A DNA stretch of 64,000 bases. It comes from the human T2T-CHM13v2.0 reference genome, Homo sapiens. The stretch is taken from assembly GCF_009914755.1 (NCBI RefSeq), contig NC_060933.1, one strand, 5' to 3'. This document shows positions 1 through 18,619 of this stretch, one piece after another. Positions within the stretch are counted from its first letter, which is position 1. Each line of letters starts with the position of its first letter. Under the pieces are notes generated by a model. It was not told where the DNA came from. It worked only from the letters and a program-made list of their open reading frames with translations, and did no database searches. The position numbers were made by a program, and so were the translations under genes.

Positions 1-1084
1 ATGAATTTTATTTTTTTTATTCAAAAGGTCTATTAAAACATACCTACTTTAATCTTTAAATGCTGAATTGATATGTTATTAAGCTTTTAAGGCTCTCTCT
101 GCAAGGATTTTTAAGAAGAGCCAGCCTTTTGGAGCCTAAGCCCAAAGATCCTGTTGACAATTTTACAGGGAAGAAACCCAACAAATTTTTAATGACGTTG
201 GCGGTGTTATTGCAGATAATAATTATGAGAGTGCCAATGATAAACAGCAACCCATTGCATCACCCCACAACCCAAAGCACTGAAGCTTTGTGAAGAGTGA
301 ACACCCTGATTGCCCCAGAATGGCATGTCGGTAATGCCACTGCCAACTTCCCTGAAGGCTGGCCCTGTTCTTGACATGGCTCCACTTGCTCTCGAGAGTT
401 TCTTCTCTCTACTCTCTCAGCAGATCATTCTGTCCTTCATCACCGGATTTGGTAACCCTGACTCTAGGAATTTTCTCCACTCATTGTCGGATGCTGTGGT
501 TGAGAATAACACATGTATTTGGGAAGAACCTACCTTTCAGTGAATTATAAATGCTCACTAGTCAAGCATCATGCACGGAAAGCATATTATTAAATGATGT
601 GTTCGTATCTCTCAGGTGCCAAGCACGTCCACTAAAGCATTGTCTGACAATTGCAGACCTGCAGACAGGGATTGTGGGGAGAGACATATGAAAATCATTG
701 CTACATAGACATACCACTTAGCCCAATTAATCACACATCAGCTGTCTGAATGCTGCCTGGCCCAAGGCAGACGCTGAAGTTCCATATACCTCATCGCATA
801 GACTTGATCTTTGTCACAGAGGATTCACCATCCCTGCTGCTCCCTCCCTCCTTCCCTCCCTCCCTGTCTTCCTCCCTTCTTCTCCTTATCTTCCCTTCAC
901 TCACCAGACATCCTTTGAGCTATGTGTGCCAGACGCTCTTCCAATAAGAAGGTGTCAAGAATCCTATGCCAACTTTAAATTTAGGAAAGTCTGAAAGATG
1001 CTAACATCAGGAGATGAGGTGGGGTTTTTTCAGACTCTATCCTAGAAACAAGTGGAACAAACTCCATTTGAAACTGAGCAATTC

Positions 1085-1829
<745 letters not shown>

Positions 1830-1986
1830 TCACCATCCACATCAGGTTCCCTACTTTGAAACACCCTGGGGCCAGGATTTTTCTGGATATGCATTTGAAA
1901 GTCCTGACACATTTCTAACTTGTGATCCAGACTTCACGATGGTTCTTCTGTTTTCTACCCAATCACTCTTTACATTAGTCTTATTG

Positions 1987-2402
<416 letters not shown>

Positions 2403-2964
2403 TAGACTTCAACTCTAGGAATTTAGGAGATGAGGCATAGAAATGCTGATTTCCCAAGACCAGCCTCATTGTCTCCTAAAAAACCTGCCTGGAAAAAAGA
2501 GCCAGGTCCCACTTGTGGTTGTGATCCTAACTCTGTACCTGCTCTTGAATAAGTCTGTAGATCTCTCTGGGCTCCACTGTCTTGATCGGTAAGCTAAGAG
2601 GATTGGGACTTTCTTGTTCTGGGAAGTCATGGTTATATCTTTTGGCTGCCAGAGGCTGGAAGCGCAAAATCAAGTTGGCAGCAAGCCCTGCTTGTAGCCC
2701 CCTGGACCCTGCATCTAGGATAAGAAGGAAAGTGTGGTTGGGAGAGCTCATGGCTGAGCTACCAAGGCACAAGAGCCCTGTTCCTCTTTCCCTATGCAGT
2801 TCATGCCAAGAGGATCGAGGATATAATTAGCCTTGGCATACTAAATATGACTGTTCTTACTTCACCTGGAGCTTCTCCTTTTGTTCCTTAAGCCCATGTG
2901 GAAGTTGCCATGCCTCCCACCTTTACGTGGGTATGCAGGATGCTACGGTAAAACATGAGGTGTT

Positions 2965-3090
2965 TTGAAGTCCCGGTTCCACCCTTTATTAGTTAGGTGA
3001 CTGATTCCCAGTTTCCTAATCTGTAGAGATAATAATGCTTATGTCATGGAGTTGCTGTGAGGAGGAAATTAGATTCTATATAAAATCCAC
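2965..3090 (+). mobile_element. MIR fragment
   Basis: MIR core-like cagtttcctaatctgtagagataataatg...gttgctgtgagga. Confidence 0.6.
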
Positions 3091-3659
3091 ACCAAACAGG
3101 ACCTGGCTGATCCACGTTAACTTCCTTTCCCCCACTCCACTCCCCACCTCTGTTGTTCCCTCATCCAGTGTACACCCACCCATGTCAGTAGAAACTATTA
3201 TAAGTTTGCACCCTAGAGGAGTGGATTGACTGGCTAATGACACAAGCTCAGGCATGAAATAGATATGCACTTGGCTGTTTGTGGCTTGAAAAATCTCACC
3301 CCTGACATTTTTTCATTGTGAGTTTCATTTGAAGGGAGGTCTTACTAGAATGACAAAAATATGTTTTTCCCTTTGAAGTGCTGGGTGCCTCCAGTTACAT
3401 TATATATAATTGTCCTATGTGTGTGCTTGGAAGAGCTTAGCATCCAATGGGTCTGCTCAAATGGCATTGAGAAGTTCCCTGAAGTTTCAACCTGAGGCTC
3501 TCTGATAAATTGATTTTTCTCCCACCATTCATTTGTGATTTGAAGCCCAACTATGCTGTCCCATCTGTCTCTTTTAGTGAAATGTACAAGCTGCAACAAC
3601 CATATACTGTCTCTATCTGTATAAAACAGGAGAGTGGGTATAATATATATTGGTTAAGT

Positions 3660-3840
3660 CCATATTTAGAGTGGCTCAGCTGTTTACTAGCTTTGTGACC
3701 TTGAGTAAACTAGTTAACTCCAGTTTCCTCATCTAAAAAAAATGAGGTCAACCTGATAAATCTGTTGTGAAGATTAAAAGACTCAATATATATAAAGTGT
3801 CTGGTACGTAATAAGTTCTCATAAATAATAATTATTAATA
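3660..3840 (+). mobile_element. MIR fragment
   Basis: ttactagctttgtgaccttgagtaa...cagtttcctcatctaaaa core. Confidence 0.7.
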
Positions 3841-4124
3841 ATGTTGATGATCTCTTCTCCACATGATAAGTACTCATATCTTAGAACAAAGCCAAGAATG
3901 GTGCAGTTAATTACAATAGAATAGGGTCGGTAGAGAGGAGCCAGTACCTAGAACTTGAATGAGCAATTTCAGAAATATACCCAGCTACTGGTCCTGGAAA
4001 CCTTATTGTGAGTCACATCATTGTAACTGGAAGGAGACCCAGTGGCCTCCTTGATGGAAGCAGATGAAAGATATGACTATTCAATATGAAGGGTGGCATT
4101 CTGCCTATTAATCTCATTTATTTA

Positions 4125-4906
<782 letters not shown>

Positions 4907-5716
4907 TATTCTGTTGCTTCATGATGTAAGGGAGCCCACGTCTCTCTTCCTGCCAGGTGGGCCACCTGAGCACAGTAAGGTCAGAATGGGTGGAATGATG
5001 GAATTCCTGACCATCTTTGCATCATTGTCTTGATGATCATGACCCAGCCATCCCCTGGAACTTCTGCATCACAGCCTTTAGCTCAGTCTGCTGCTGTGAG
5101 CAGTATATGAAACTTGTATCCGTGATAACTTGGCTCTGCCAGGACTTGGGGTACCTGATGGAGAGGATTTCTTGGAGGAAAAGGCCAAAGGGCTGCCCCA
5201 ACTTTGGCCTCATATCTAAATCCTAAGAGTATACTTGCTTCTGGTTGCCAAAGGCCTGAATGCTCAGAAAGAGTACAGCACAGAACCTGTTGATAAGGAT
5301 TCCTCTGGCTTTGCTTTACTCTGCCATGCCAAAAAAACAAAAAAAAAAAAAAAAAAAAGCAAGAATCAGGTTGTGTTAGGACTAGAAAGCCTTCTTAGCA
5401 GTCAGAGCATGCAATTACTGCCCATTCCTGATTAGCTTCAACTTGCTGGACCAGCTGAGGAAATCTAGGGTATTCACAAGGTCTGAAGTCAGGGAGTTTC
5501 ATAACCTCATCAGAATCTAGGATGCGTGGACGACTGCATTCTACAATGACTCAGGCAAACTGAATACTGAGGGATGCCCTTTGGCTTCTGCATTTAAAGA
5601 CATTAATTTTTACCAGTGTAGAGGATAAGCGATAGATAAAGACGGGATTGGTTGGGAAAAGTTCCCTAGAGGAAGTGGTCCACATATTCTCTGTCCACTT
5701 CTAAGAGCAGAGTCCC

Positions 5717-6022
5717 ATTTTTTTTTTTTTTTTTTTTTTGAGTGAGTCTCTCACTCTGTTGCCGAGGCTGTAGTTCAGTGGCGTGACCTCGGCTCACTGC
5801 AGCCTCCACCTCCTGGGTTCCAGCGATTCTCCTGCCTCAGCCTCCTGGGTAGCTGGGATTACAGGCACACACCCCCATGCCCAGCTAATTTTTGTATTTT
5901 TAGTAGAGATGAGGTTTTGTCATATTGGCCAGGCAGGTCTCGAACTCCTGACCTCAGGTGATCTGCCAGCCTCAGCCTCCCAAAGTGCTGGGATTACAGG
6001 TGTGACCCACCACACCTGGCTA
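5717..6022 (-). mobile_element. Alu (AluS-like)
   Basis: Poly-T then reverse Alu body. Confidence 0.95.
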
Positions 6023-6299
6023 GCTTCCCACTTTTGAACCATTCATTCTGTGACACCTGAAGTCCTCTGTATCTTCAGCCTCTTTTTCCTGACATAATTG
6101 ATGCAGGTTCTCCCCTGTAGACATTTCCCCCACAGTCCTTTCCATACTCCATCTACCACAGGACCAGAAATAAGATGAGCATTCATCTTACATCCCAATG
6201 CCTTCTACAGACCCTTGCTTCTATGCCCTCAAGTAAAAACTTTTCTTCTGTTGAATTTCAGGCTGCCACATTAAACCACAGCCCTCTTCCTTGACCTAC

Positions 6300-7100
6300 T
6301 ACCATCGTACTGGCCCCGATCCACCTCGGGTCCCACAATCACCATGAGTGACCACAGTGTCCATGTACATAACCCATCCAACAGCTCCTTGACCTTGTCA
6401 ACCCTATGACCTCCATGTAACTTTAGTCACCCCCATTCTTGGATGAATCTTGGATCTCATTGATTGCCTCAAATTACTCCACCTCCAGAAACTTAAATTC
6501 TAGTATCCTATCCTCTTCAACTTTCCATTTCTCTCACTCATTTCTGCTTCTAGACTTACTCTTTGATCTTAACAAGACCTTCCTTTGATTTTTCCATTTT
6601 CTTCCAGCCTATGTGTCTCTCCCCTATCCAACCTAAATTCTTGGCTCTTCAACTCAATTACTGTGTTGACAAAACTGTCTATTTTTTTGTCCCCTCAACC
6701 TTCATCTAACCCAACTGGAAAAACAGCTAGACCTTCCATGAAGCAGATCCCTGGTCATTTCTCTCTCCTATTCCCCCATAGCAATGAACTCCTTCATTCT
6801 CTTTCAACTCCCTAGTTCCTCTGTATCCCATTCTACCTCCTCTTATAAGATGATCTCATTTAATACCTTACAAAGGAAATAGAAAGTATTGAAGAGTAAT
6901 TACCTTAAGTCTCTGTTCCTCAACTCCAGTATGCAAAATTACCTTCATCTGTCCATATCTTTTTCTCTTTCCTCTCATCTAAAGCTAATCCTCTTACCTA
7001 AAGCTAATCTAAAACTAGAGCCACCTGTACTCTGAATTTTACCCTGTCTACCTCATCATGGGCCTGATTCCATCAGTTAACTCTCTGGTATCATTAGTGT
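6300..7100 (+). mobile_element. Highly diverged L2-like sequence
   Basis: Pyrimidine-rich L2-type phrases (aaagctaatcc...ccacctgtactctgaatt...ccatcagtta); boundaries uncertain. Confidence 0.4.
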
Positions 7101-7245
7101 CTCTGTCTCTACTTGCATCTCAGAAACTTCTGCCCCAAGTAAGCCCCTGCCCACTGGGCCTTCCCCAGGCCTGGGAAATACCCTCTTTGACCATATCTTC
7201 AGGAGCACCATTGACAGAAGGAAGAAAGCCAGAAAAGGTGAATGA

Positions 7246-7586
<341 letters not shown>

Positions 7587-8844
7587 TTGGGACTTTACTT
7601 TTTCTAAGTACAGGGTTTGATGGGCCATTCCAGCAGAAATGTCAGGTGGGAAGTTTATAAATGCATATGTTATCTTTAGGAGAGAGATTAATCCCGGACA
7701 TACACTGTCTTCCTTACTCTGAGACATCAAAGGCATGTACTTAGGTATTAACTGGAATGGGGAAGTGTCCCTGGCTGTTTCTTTTCCTGGAGTTTTTCCC
7801 AAAGGGCCTTTAAGTTTTCAGCATATAAACACATTTATTTTAAAGGCATTTCCATGACGTTGAAGGCACAGATGTTACAACTGAATTTTATCCCAACCTC
7901 CACATGTGGAATCCAGAAAAAAATTCTCTGGTCTTATGATTGAACAGGAAATGAAAGACAGTGTCACTCTAGGTCCTCATTAGGAATTCCTATATTTTTA
8001 CACCATTGGAGAAACATTTAGGGAAAATGTGCAGCCATGTTTTTAAAAAGATTCCCAAAACTCTTGTTAGAGAATAACTTTGCTCTTTCTCTGGGAGTCA
8101 CAGCAAACTATTCTAAAGATGCTTCCGCCTCCCGTTTTGAGCACCACCTTCTAACATAGTGCACGCTACAATGAGAGTAGGGAGCAGGAGAGGCTAAGAA
8201 ATGCTGATTTCTTGGCTAGCATGCCTTTGGCCTTTGGTTGAAACTACTCCTTGGAAGGTTATTATATTCCAAATTCCCTCTGATGGATAATTGATTTGTC
8301 AATCTCAATTTTTTCATCGTATATTTTAAAAATTATCTTATGTTGTTTTGAACTACCAAGATCAGCACACTCTTTTTCATGATAACACACTTTGGTTATA
8401 AATATCATTGCAAAGCGCACTTGAACATTCATCAGAAACTTGAAGATTTTGTTAAACTATGAGGATGGCATTCATCAGGATGGCATTCATCAGATTTCAT
8501 TAAACTATCAGGATGGTATTCACTGAATAACTGCAATGCAGCTCTGCCAAATGGTCATCTGTCTTCTCTTTGAATCATGGGTCATTATACAGGTAGATGA
8601 AAACCTGCAAATAAAAAGATAGACGAGAATTATAAGACTAGAAAAGTCTTTTAAAGATTGCCTACTCTTTTTCAGACGCTAAACTATAAAAGCCATTTCA
8701 AAGGATAATATTTTATAATCTATTCCTGTCTCTTTCCCTTTCTTCTTTCCTCTCTTCTTCCTTTTCCTTCTCTTTACACAAAACATTTCCTGAGCACTCA
8801 TAACATGCCAGGTGCTATGTTAAGTATGAATGATATAGTAATGA

Positions 8845-9228
<384 letters not shown>

Positions 9229-10596
9229 TAATATTCTGTTTAGAGGAAAGAGAGAACGTTACTACATCCAGAAACCCAGGTGGGATATCTATGTTTCTTA
9301 ACTCCACTGGATGATCAGGCAATATGTTTATGGAGGTGAGGCTTGAACTCATTCTTTAAAGGACAAGTAGAATTAGGGGAAGCAGGCAAGGGGAAAAGGA
9401 CATTCCAAGCAGAAGAGATATTATAAGTAACATCATGGAAAACTGAGAGCACATGGTGAAATTGTATAGGTGGCATGACTTGAGCAAATTGTGTGAATGC
9501 AGATACAGGAGAGTCCTCATCCGCCCTACTAATGATGACATTTACGTACAATAAAATTAGCTCTTATTTTTAACGCTCTTCTCTGGTAGAATTCTTAAAA
9601 AGCTGAGAAGAATAAAATCTTATTCTATGTCATTTAATCAGAACCAAATACGAGAAGAGGAAACTCAAAGGAAAATTTTCATCCATTCAATTCTTTCTTA
9701 GTAGTTATTATTCGCTAAGGGCAATGGTTGTTAATAGGAATAGTCAAGGAATAATTTCTCGATTATTCTCAGCTGATTTTCCTGGCAGTATTTCATTCAA
9801 ATCAGAAGAGTGTTAATTCCATTTTTCATAAGATCGGGGAGCATGACCATCTGTGTCAAGAAGAAACGAAACCTCAAAGAGTTCCAAGTCAGTTTGGATC
9901 AGTCTCAGGAAATCCTGACTTTTATTTGATGTGGCCCATAAGTCCAATTATTGTACTCACAAAAAAGGCTCTTCAAAGACTGGCTATTAGCCTCATTTTA
10001 CATTCAGGGACAGGAAATGATAAATCTTAAAACAAGGACACAGGACTTTTAGAACTGATGTCAATGAGAGTCTCTCTCTTATCTTTCTATCCTTCTTTTT
10101 GATCTGCTTCCTTCCTCTTTGCCTATTTTTTTTTTTTTTGGCTCCCTGTTTTCTTCCTTAATTTATATCTTATGCCTACCAGTGTTTCCCTAGGTAGTTT
10201 AATATTTCTAATGGTGATACTTGTATTTATAACATTTTCCCTAAAAAATATTTCAAATAACTCTTCAGATCATTCACGTCCCAAGGATTGTCAGATAGGT
10301 TCCTTTTATGACTTCTTACACACTCCTATGTTTGACAGAGCCACACCTGAAATGGTAGGATTATTGTCTTTGCGTCACTCAGATGCAAGTCTTGTGGAGG
10401 ATTCAGTCTCTCCCTAGCCCTGCCCTGTGAGATAGTTTTAACAGAAATGTGTATGAAGACATGCATGGCAGAATTACCAGATCAGCTGGTGACTCAAAGC
10501 TAAGATCATAAATTACAGACTCTATATCCAAAATGATCTCAATTGGCTGGAATGCTGGTATGAAATCAATAAGACAAAATTTAAATCAGATGTAAA

Positions 10597-10887
10597 GCCC
10601 AGGTGTGGTGGCTCACGCCTGTAATCCCAGCACTTTGGGAGGCCAAGGCTGTCGAATCATTTGAGGTCAGGAGTTCAAGACCAGGCTGGCCAACATGGCG
10701 AAACCCCGTCTCTACTAAAAATACAAAAATTAGCTGGGTGTCGTGGCACATGCCTGTAATCCCAGCTACTCAGCAGGCTGAGGGAGGAGAATTGCTTGAA
10801 CCCACGGTGCTGAAGTTACAGTGAGCCGAGATTGCGTCACTGCACTCCTGCTTGGACGACACAGCGAGACTCTCTCTCAAAAAAAAG
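10597..10887 (+). mobile_element. Alu (AluS-like)
   Basis: Dimeric Alu with A tail. Confidence 0.93.
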
Positions 10888-11186
10888 GAAACCTGCTAGA
10901 TCTCAGAATTATAGCAATAGTTTCAGTTGACCTCATCTCCTTCCTACATGTGTTCCCCTCTCTGCCCATGTCCTTCTGACCTTGTGAGTTCTGAAATGAG
11001 TCCAAACTTCTCCCATCACAGTCCCTCTCTCTAAGTATACAGATTTATCTTTCTATCATGACTGAGGTATGCACAGAGTTGACTTTATGAGTGTACGATC
11101 TGTGTTGCTGCACAGAGTCCTGCACTTAAAAGCACCCCATACTCAGTTTAATGTCTCCTTCTGGAAATTCTTCTTTTCTTTTCTTT

Positions 11187-11293
11187 GTGCTCACTTTGGC
11201 AGCATATACACTAAAATTGGAACAATACAGAGAAGATTAGCATTGTCCCTGAGCAAGCATGACACACAAATTCATGAAGCATTTCATATTTTT
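11187..11293 (+). pseudogene. U6 snRNA pseudogene (RNU6-type), full length
   Basis: gtgctcactttggcagcatatacactaaaattggaacaatacagagaagattagcattgtccctgagcaagcatgacacacaaattcatgaagcatttcatattttt aligns end to end with U6; CpGs decayed; A-rich tail; no PSE/TATA upstream. Confidence 0.96.
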
Positions 11294-11329
11294 ATTTATA
11301 AAAAATAAAATTTTTTAAAAAGTTAAAAG

Positions 11330-11567
11330 TAATTTTAATTGGCAAATAAAAATTATATATATTTATCATGTACAAAATGATGCTTTCATATATGTATACA
11401 TTATGGAATGGTTAAATCAAGCTAATTAACATATTCATTACTTCACATGCTAATAATTTTTTTGTGGTGAGGACACTACAAATCTACTCTCTTGGCCATT
11501 TTTCAAGTATGCAATACACTATTGTTTACGATAGTCATCATGTTGTGCAATAGATCTCTTGAAACTT
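11330..11567 (-). mobile_element. L1MA-type 3' end fragment
   Basis: ggttaaatcaagctaattaacatattcattacttcacat...aaatctactctctt typical of L1MA 3'UTR reverse complement. Confidence 0.8.
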
Positions 11568-11593
11568 CTTGAAATTCTTAACAATTTAAAAAT

Positions 11594-11718
11594 TTTTTTT
11601 AGAGACAAAGGATCTTACTGTGTTGCCCAGGCTGGTCTTGAATTCCTGGACTCAAGCGATCCTCCTGCCTCAGCCTCTTGTGTAGCTGGGATTACAGATG
11701 CAAGCCCCCATGCCTGGC
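11594..11718 (-). mobile_element. FLAM / Alu monomer
   Basis: Single reverse Alu arm. Confidence 0.88.
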
Positions 11719-12344
11719 TGTAACAACTCTTGAATAAAGAGTCTGGCATTTTCATTTTGCACTGAGCCCCACAAATTATATAGCCAGTCCTCGGTATAGG
11801 AAACATCCTTTTCTTCTCTGAGCAGTTGAAGTTTTCCAAAAGGAAGTTTTTCTATGAAAATGAGGTAGCAAACAAACAAGATGGCTACACCAAAAGTTAG
11901 CAAAAATAAAATTTCAGATTACAGGTGAATCCCAAAGTGAACTAGCACCAAGCCAAAAATGCAATTAGTCAGCACAGTAGAGACAGTCCATAGCGTTTGG
12001 CTCCTTTCCACTTCATTTGTAGCTGCCTAAAATGTTAAATTAAGATATGCACATGATCTGAGATGGATTTTGTTTGGCAGCAAAACCAAACTGTAGTATC
12101 TGTAGGATTCTGGCTATGCTAGGAATAGACCCTAGGTCACTGGCCCTAGCTCCATCATCACTTGCTAGTCCCATTTCTGACCCACTCCTTCTGTTCTTTC
12201 TACCCATTTCAGATCTCCAGGTCTCTGGCTTCTTCACTTTGGCTCCATTTACTTCATATCTGTTTTCTAGCCAATTGAAAAGGTCAGTTTGTTATGCAAA
12301 CTGGAGAACCCTGGCTTCCTTACTTATTATTAGCAAAATGTAAG

Positions 12345-12836
<492 letters not shown>

Positions 12837-13972
12837 GTCATCATGGGCACCCATGGATCATGGGCTGCCCTGAACATACAGGAGATGCCTACTATCTAAC
12901 CTCCTTGGAGGCCATTGGCATGTCTTCAGTTTTCTTGGGACCAAAACTCTCTCGGTCTCATCTGATGTCAAATTCTCTGCTCCTGCAGCTTCTGCCCCCT
13001 CTCAAGTTCCCACTTCAATAAAAGAGCAGAAATTACTAATGAATCCTGGGTTTATTGAGCAATCATACCTCTTTCTCAATTTACCTGAACAATTCTTCCC
13101 ATTTACTCAAGTTCTCTTTCATAATTCTATTCCCAAGTACCCCCAGAAAAGTAACTGTTACCAGATTTTGCAATACAGATGTTGACCGGTTTTCTCATCC
13201 GTATATCTACGGTAGCCACTGTATTGCATGGTATACAGTGGAATTCAATAAATGTCTGTTGGGTGATTGAATTAGTTAATTAAAGCGTATATTCCCTATA
13301 GGTTTTTTTGTTGGAACAGATAGAACAGAGTGTTCTATTTTATTCCAGAGGGAAGGACCAGGGCCAATAGCGTGAACACTTAGGGAAATCATTTTGACTT
13401 CAACATCTGGAAACTTTTCTTAGCTCCAGAGGTCAAAGTGGTGGTGTTGAGAAGTCAAGATCTTCCTACCCTGGCAATGTTCAGAAGGAGGTCTAATTTC
13501 CACCACTATGGCATTGCTGTCACAAACAGAATTTCTGGACTAGGGGCAGTGAGAAGTAATTGTTAAACTACTTCCGAACCTAAGAATCAAGAACGTTAAT
13601 GCACCCTCTCCACAAACACACTTTTATTTTTTCAACTTAAAAGTTGCACTTGATACTGAATTCTGCTCTTCTGAGAACAAGGACATATAACAGATGCACG
13701 CACACATTAATGATGTGCCAACTCCCTTTTGTTTCAAGTCTTATAGAGCATAAAGACAAAGAGGTCATTTCTAGTAATGGAGAGTAAAAAGCCCTTAATT
13801 TTTCAGTTTATCTTTGATTTATGTTTCTGTGTTTGTGTGTGGCCAGGCTCTCCTTGGCCTTTTCAAAAGGAACTGGCATAACCACTGAAAATGTGTGGTA
13901 ACTGACTACATGTCCCTGGGGAGAAATCTTATGTTACTCAAAACACAGTTGCTAATGAACAGCCTGTGTTAG

Positions 13973-15400
<1,428 letters not shown>

Positions 15401-16173
15401 GAAAAAGGAAAGCCAAGTCACCATTTGCAGTTTTTCTGTCTGACCTGCTTATCCTGTTTCCATTGTCTCCAGAGACCAGGAAGGTATACTAAGCACAGGT
15501 TCAGAGCAAGCTGATTGTGAATAAAAGAAGACCTTTAGTCTCCTCCCTATGGATTAGTCATGCCTAAAAGACAAAAAGGCAGTGAGGTGCCAACACAGTG
15601 CTTCCTCAGCTATGCCCTGGGCATGGCCTTCCATGTGCTCTCTGAGAGCCCAGGGGAAAAGGGTACACCCAGGATGTATCCACCCTCAGGGCTTTGTGCC
15701 GTCATCCTCTCAGCATCGCCAAGTCCCAGCCACGTGACACACAGGCCTCTTTGCTTATATGCGGTATTAATATTTCATTCACTTCTGTCCCAGAAATTTG
15801 TAGACCTATAGAATGTTAGATCTGGAAAGACCCTCAGAGGTGCTCTAGATAGTGGTTCTCATTTGGGATAATGGGGGAAAGGACAGTGGCTACAACAGAA
15901 TCTGAGAGTTTGATTGAAAGTGGGGATGACCGGGGTGGCTCAAATTCTAGGGAGCTTTAAACAACGTAATAGGGGAAATCATAAATATGCCACCTGAGTT
16001 TCAGTGCAAACTGAAAGATGAGCAATCGTGACCTTTACTAGGCACTGTGAAATACACATTTATAAGAGAATAATTTTATAATAGATAATGGACTAAAAAT
16101 ATCAAATGGTATAGAAAAACGTTTTAATGCATCAATGTGTTTCTTGAGAAGAGACTCTGGTCTTCTCAAATTA

Positions 16174-16506
<333 letters not shown>

Positions 16507-16719
16507 CAAGAAATAGGAAATCTTCCACCCTTTTTGCCTCCTCAATTTGCCTTCATTCCTAACATTGGCCTTCAGATTTAACTAGAGAACTTAGAGAAAA
16601 TAACTTACTGAGGCTTTTAACAAATCTGTCATTTCCTTTTCCCTTTTCTTTGATCCCAAGGTTTTTCCTCTTACTGCTTAAAAAGTAGAGCAATAAAAAA
16701 GAACCCCTAATTTATGTTT

Positions 16720-17155
16720 TATTGATTTAATTTTTTTAATTTTTAATTTTTGTGGGTACATAGTAGGTGTATATATTTCTAAGGTACATGAGATGTTTTG
16801 ATACAGGCATGCAATGTGAAATAAGCCTATAATGAAGAATGGGGTTTCCATCCCCTAAGCATTTATCCATTGAGTTACAAACAATCCAATTATACAGACA
16901 ATCCAAATATACTCTGTTATTTTAAATTATACAGTTAAGTTATTATTGACTATAGTCACCTTGTTGTGCTATCAAATAGTAGGTCTTATTTATTCTTTCC
17001 TAAATTTTTTGATGCCCATTAACCATCCCCACCTCCCCTGCACTACCTTTCCCAGCCTCTGGTAACCATCCTTTTACTTTTTATGTCCCTGAGTTCAATT
17101 ATTTTGATTTTTAGATCCCACAAATGAGTGAGAACATGTGAAGTTTGTCTTTCTA
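16720..17155 (-). mobile_element. L1MA-type 3' end
   Basis: ttttgtgggtacatagtaggtgtatatattt...gttttgatacaggcatgcaatgtgaaataa...ttagatcccacaaatgagtgagaacat. Confidence 0.9.
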
Positions 17156-17280
17156 AGGACTCATAATTCAGAATCAAAGAGATCTCTCTTTAAATCTTGG
17201 CTCCATCTCTTACTGTATGACCCTGGAAAAATTGCTTAACCTCTCAGAGTCTCAGCTTTCCCATCTATAAAACAGTACAG

Positions 17281-17607
<327 letters not shown>

Positions 17608-17914
17608 CTACTATATATAAAAATTAAATAGTATATATATACTAAATGTATGACCCAGAGCAGGCCATAGGCAAATATGTGCCCCGTTTCCTTCTTCAAC
17701 AGATGCTTTTACCTCTACCTGTTACGCTGACAAGTACCATTTGTCCAGTAGAGTCAATGAAGGCAGAAAACACCCGAACTTCATCTGCCAGGGGAACCCA
17801 GAAGGACCACGAATAGGATGAGATGAGTGAGGCACAGAATTTAAGGAGCTATCAAAGAAATTAGTAATCAAGAGAAATATTTAATGTAATATTTTTAAAA
17901 ATAAAAATTAATGC

Positions 17915-18060
17915 TTTGGGTGATGAACATGTTCTAAAATTAGATAGTGGAAATAGTTGCACAACTATATGAATATACTAAAAACCACTGAATTGTACAC
18001 TTTAAAAAGATGAATTTATGATACGTGAATTATATCTCAATAAAGCTATCATTTAAAAGC
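17915..18060 (+). mobile_element. L1MB-type 3' end fragment inside an older AT-rich DNA-transposon-like element
   Basis: gttgcacaactatatgaatatactaaaaaccactgaattgtacacttt...tatctcaataaagct. Confidence 0.8.
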
Positions 18061-18258
18061 TAATATAAAAAATCATGATAAATTAAATGTCAAAATTTTA
18101 ATGAAAGTAAGGATCAAACCAGAATCTACCCAAACCCAAGGACACCAGATTCCAGATCTCAGGACCACAAACACTGCTTGAGAAAAGTGTGAGAAGGAAA
18201 AAGAAGGGACCACATACAGTGAGAGAAAAAGAATATACATTCTGTTTCCTTCTTGTAG

Positions 18259-18553
<295 letters not shown>

Positions 18554-18619
18554 CACAAAGACATTTTAAAGCAGGAATATCTGAAGTGGCTTTTAAAGCT
18601 TCTTTTATGTGTCCTGTGC

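Larger units (their letters stand above)
11075..11791. mobile_element. MER91-like hAT DNA transposon, interrupted by U6 pseudogene, L1 and FLAM
   Basis: ttgaaattcttaacaattt...cattttcattttgcactgagccccacaaattatatagccagtcct matches recalled MER91 consensus. Confidence 0.6.

Noticed and set aside
8425-8523. CRISPR-like repeat-spacer array
   Set aside because: Eukaryotic DNA, irregular short units, no cas genes.
11187-11293. Functional U6 snRNA gene
   Set aside because: About a dozen substitutions, no upstream PSE/TATA, A-rich tail: retropseudogene.
13320-13338. 8-bp hairpin atagaaca-gag-tgttctat
   Set aside because: Short enough to be expected by chance in 64 kb.
17741-17760. CTCF-like motif tccagtagagtca
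   Set aside because: Mismatch in the core GGC end; too weak to call.
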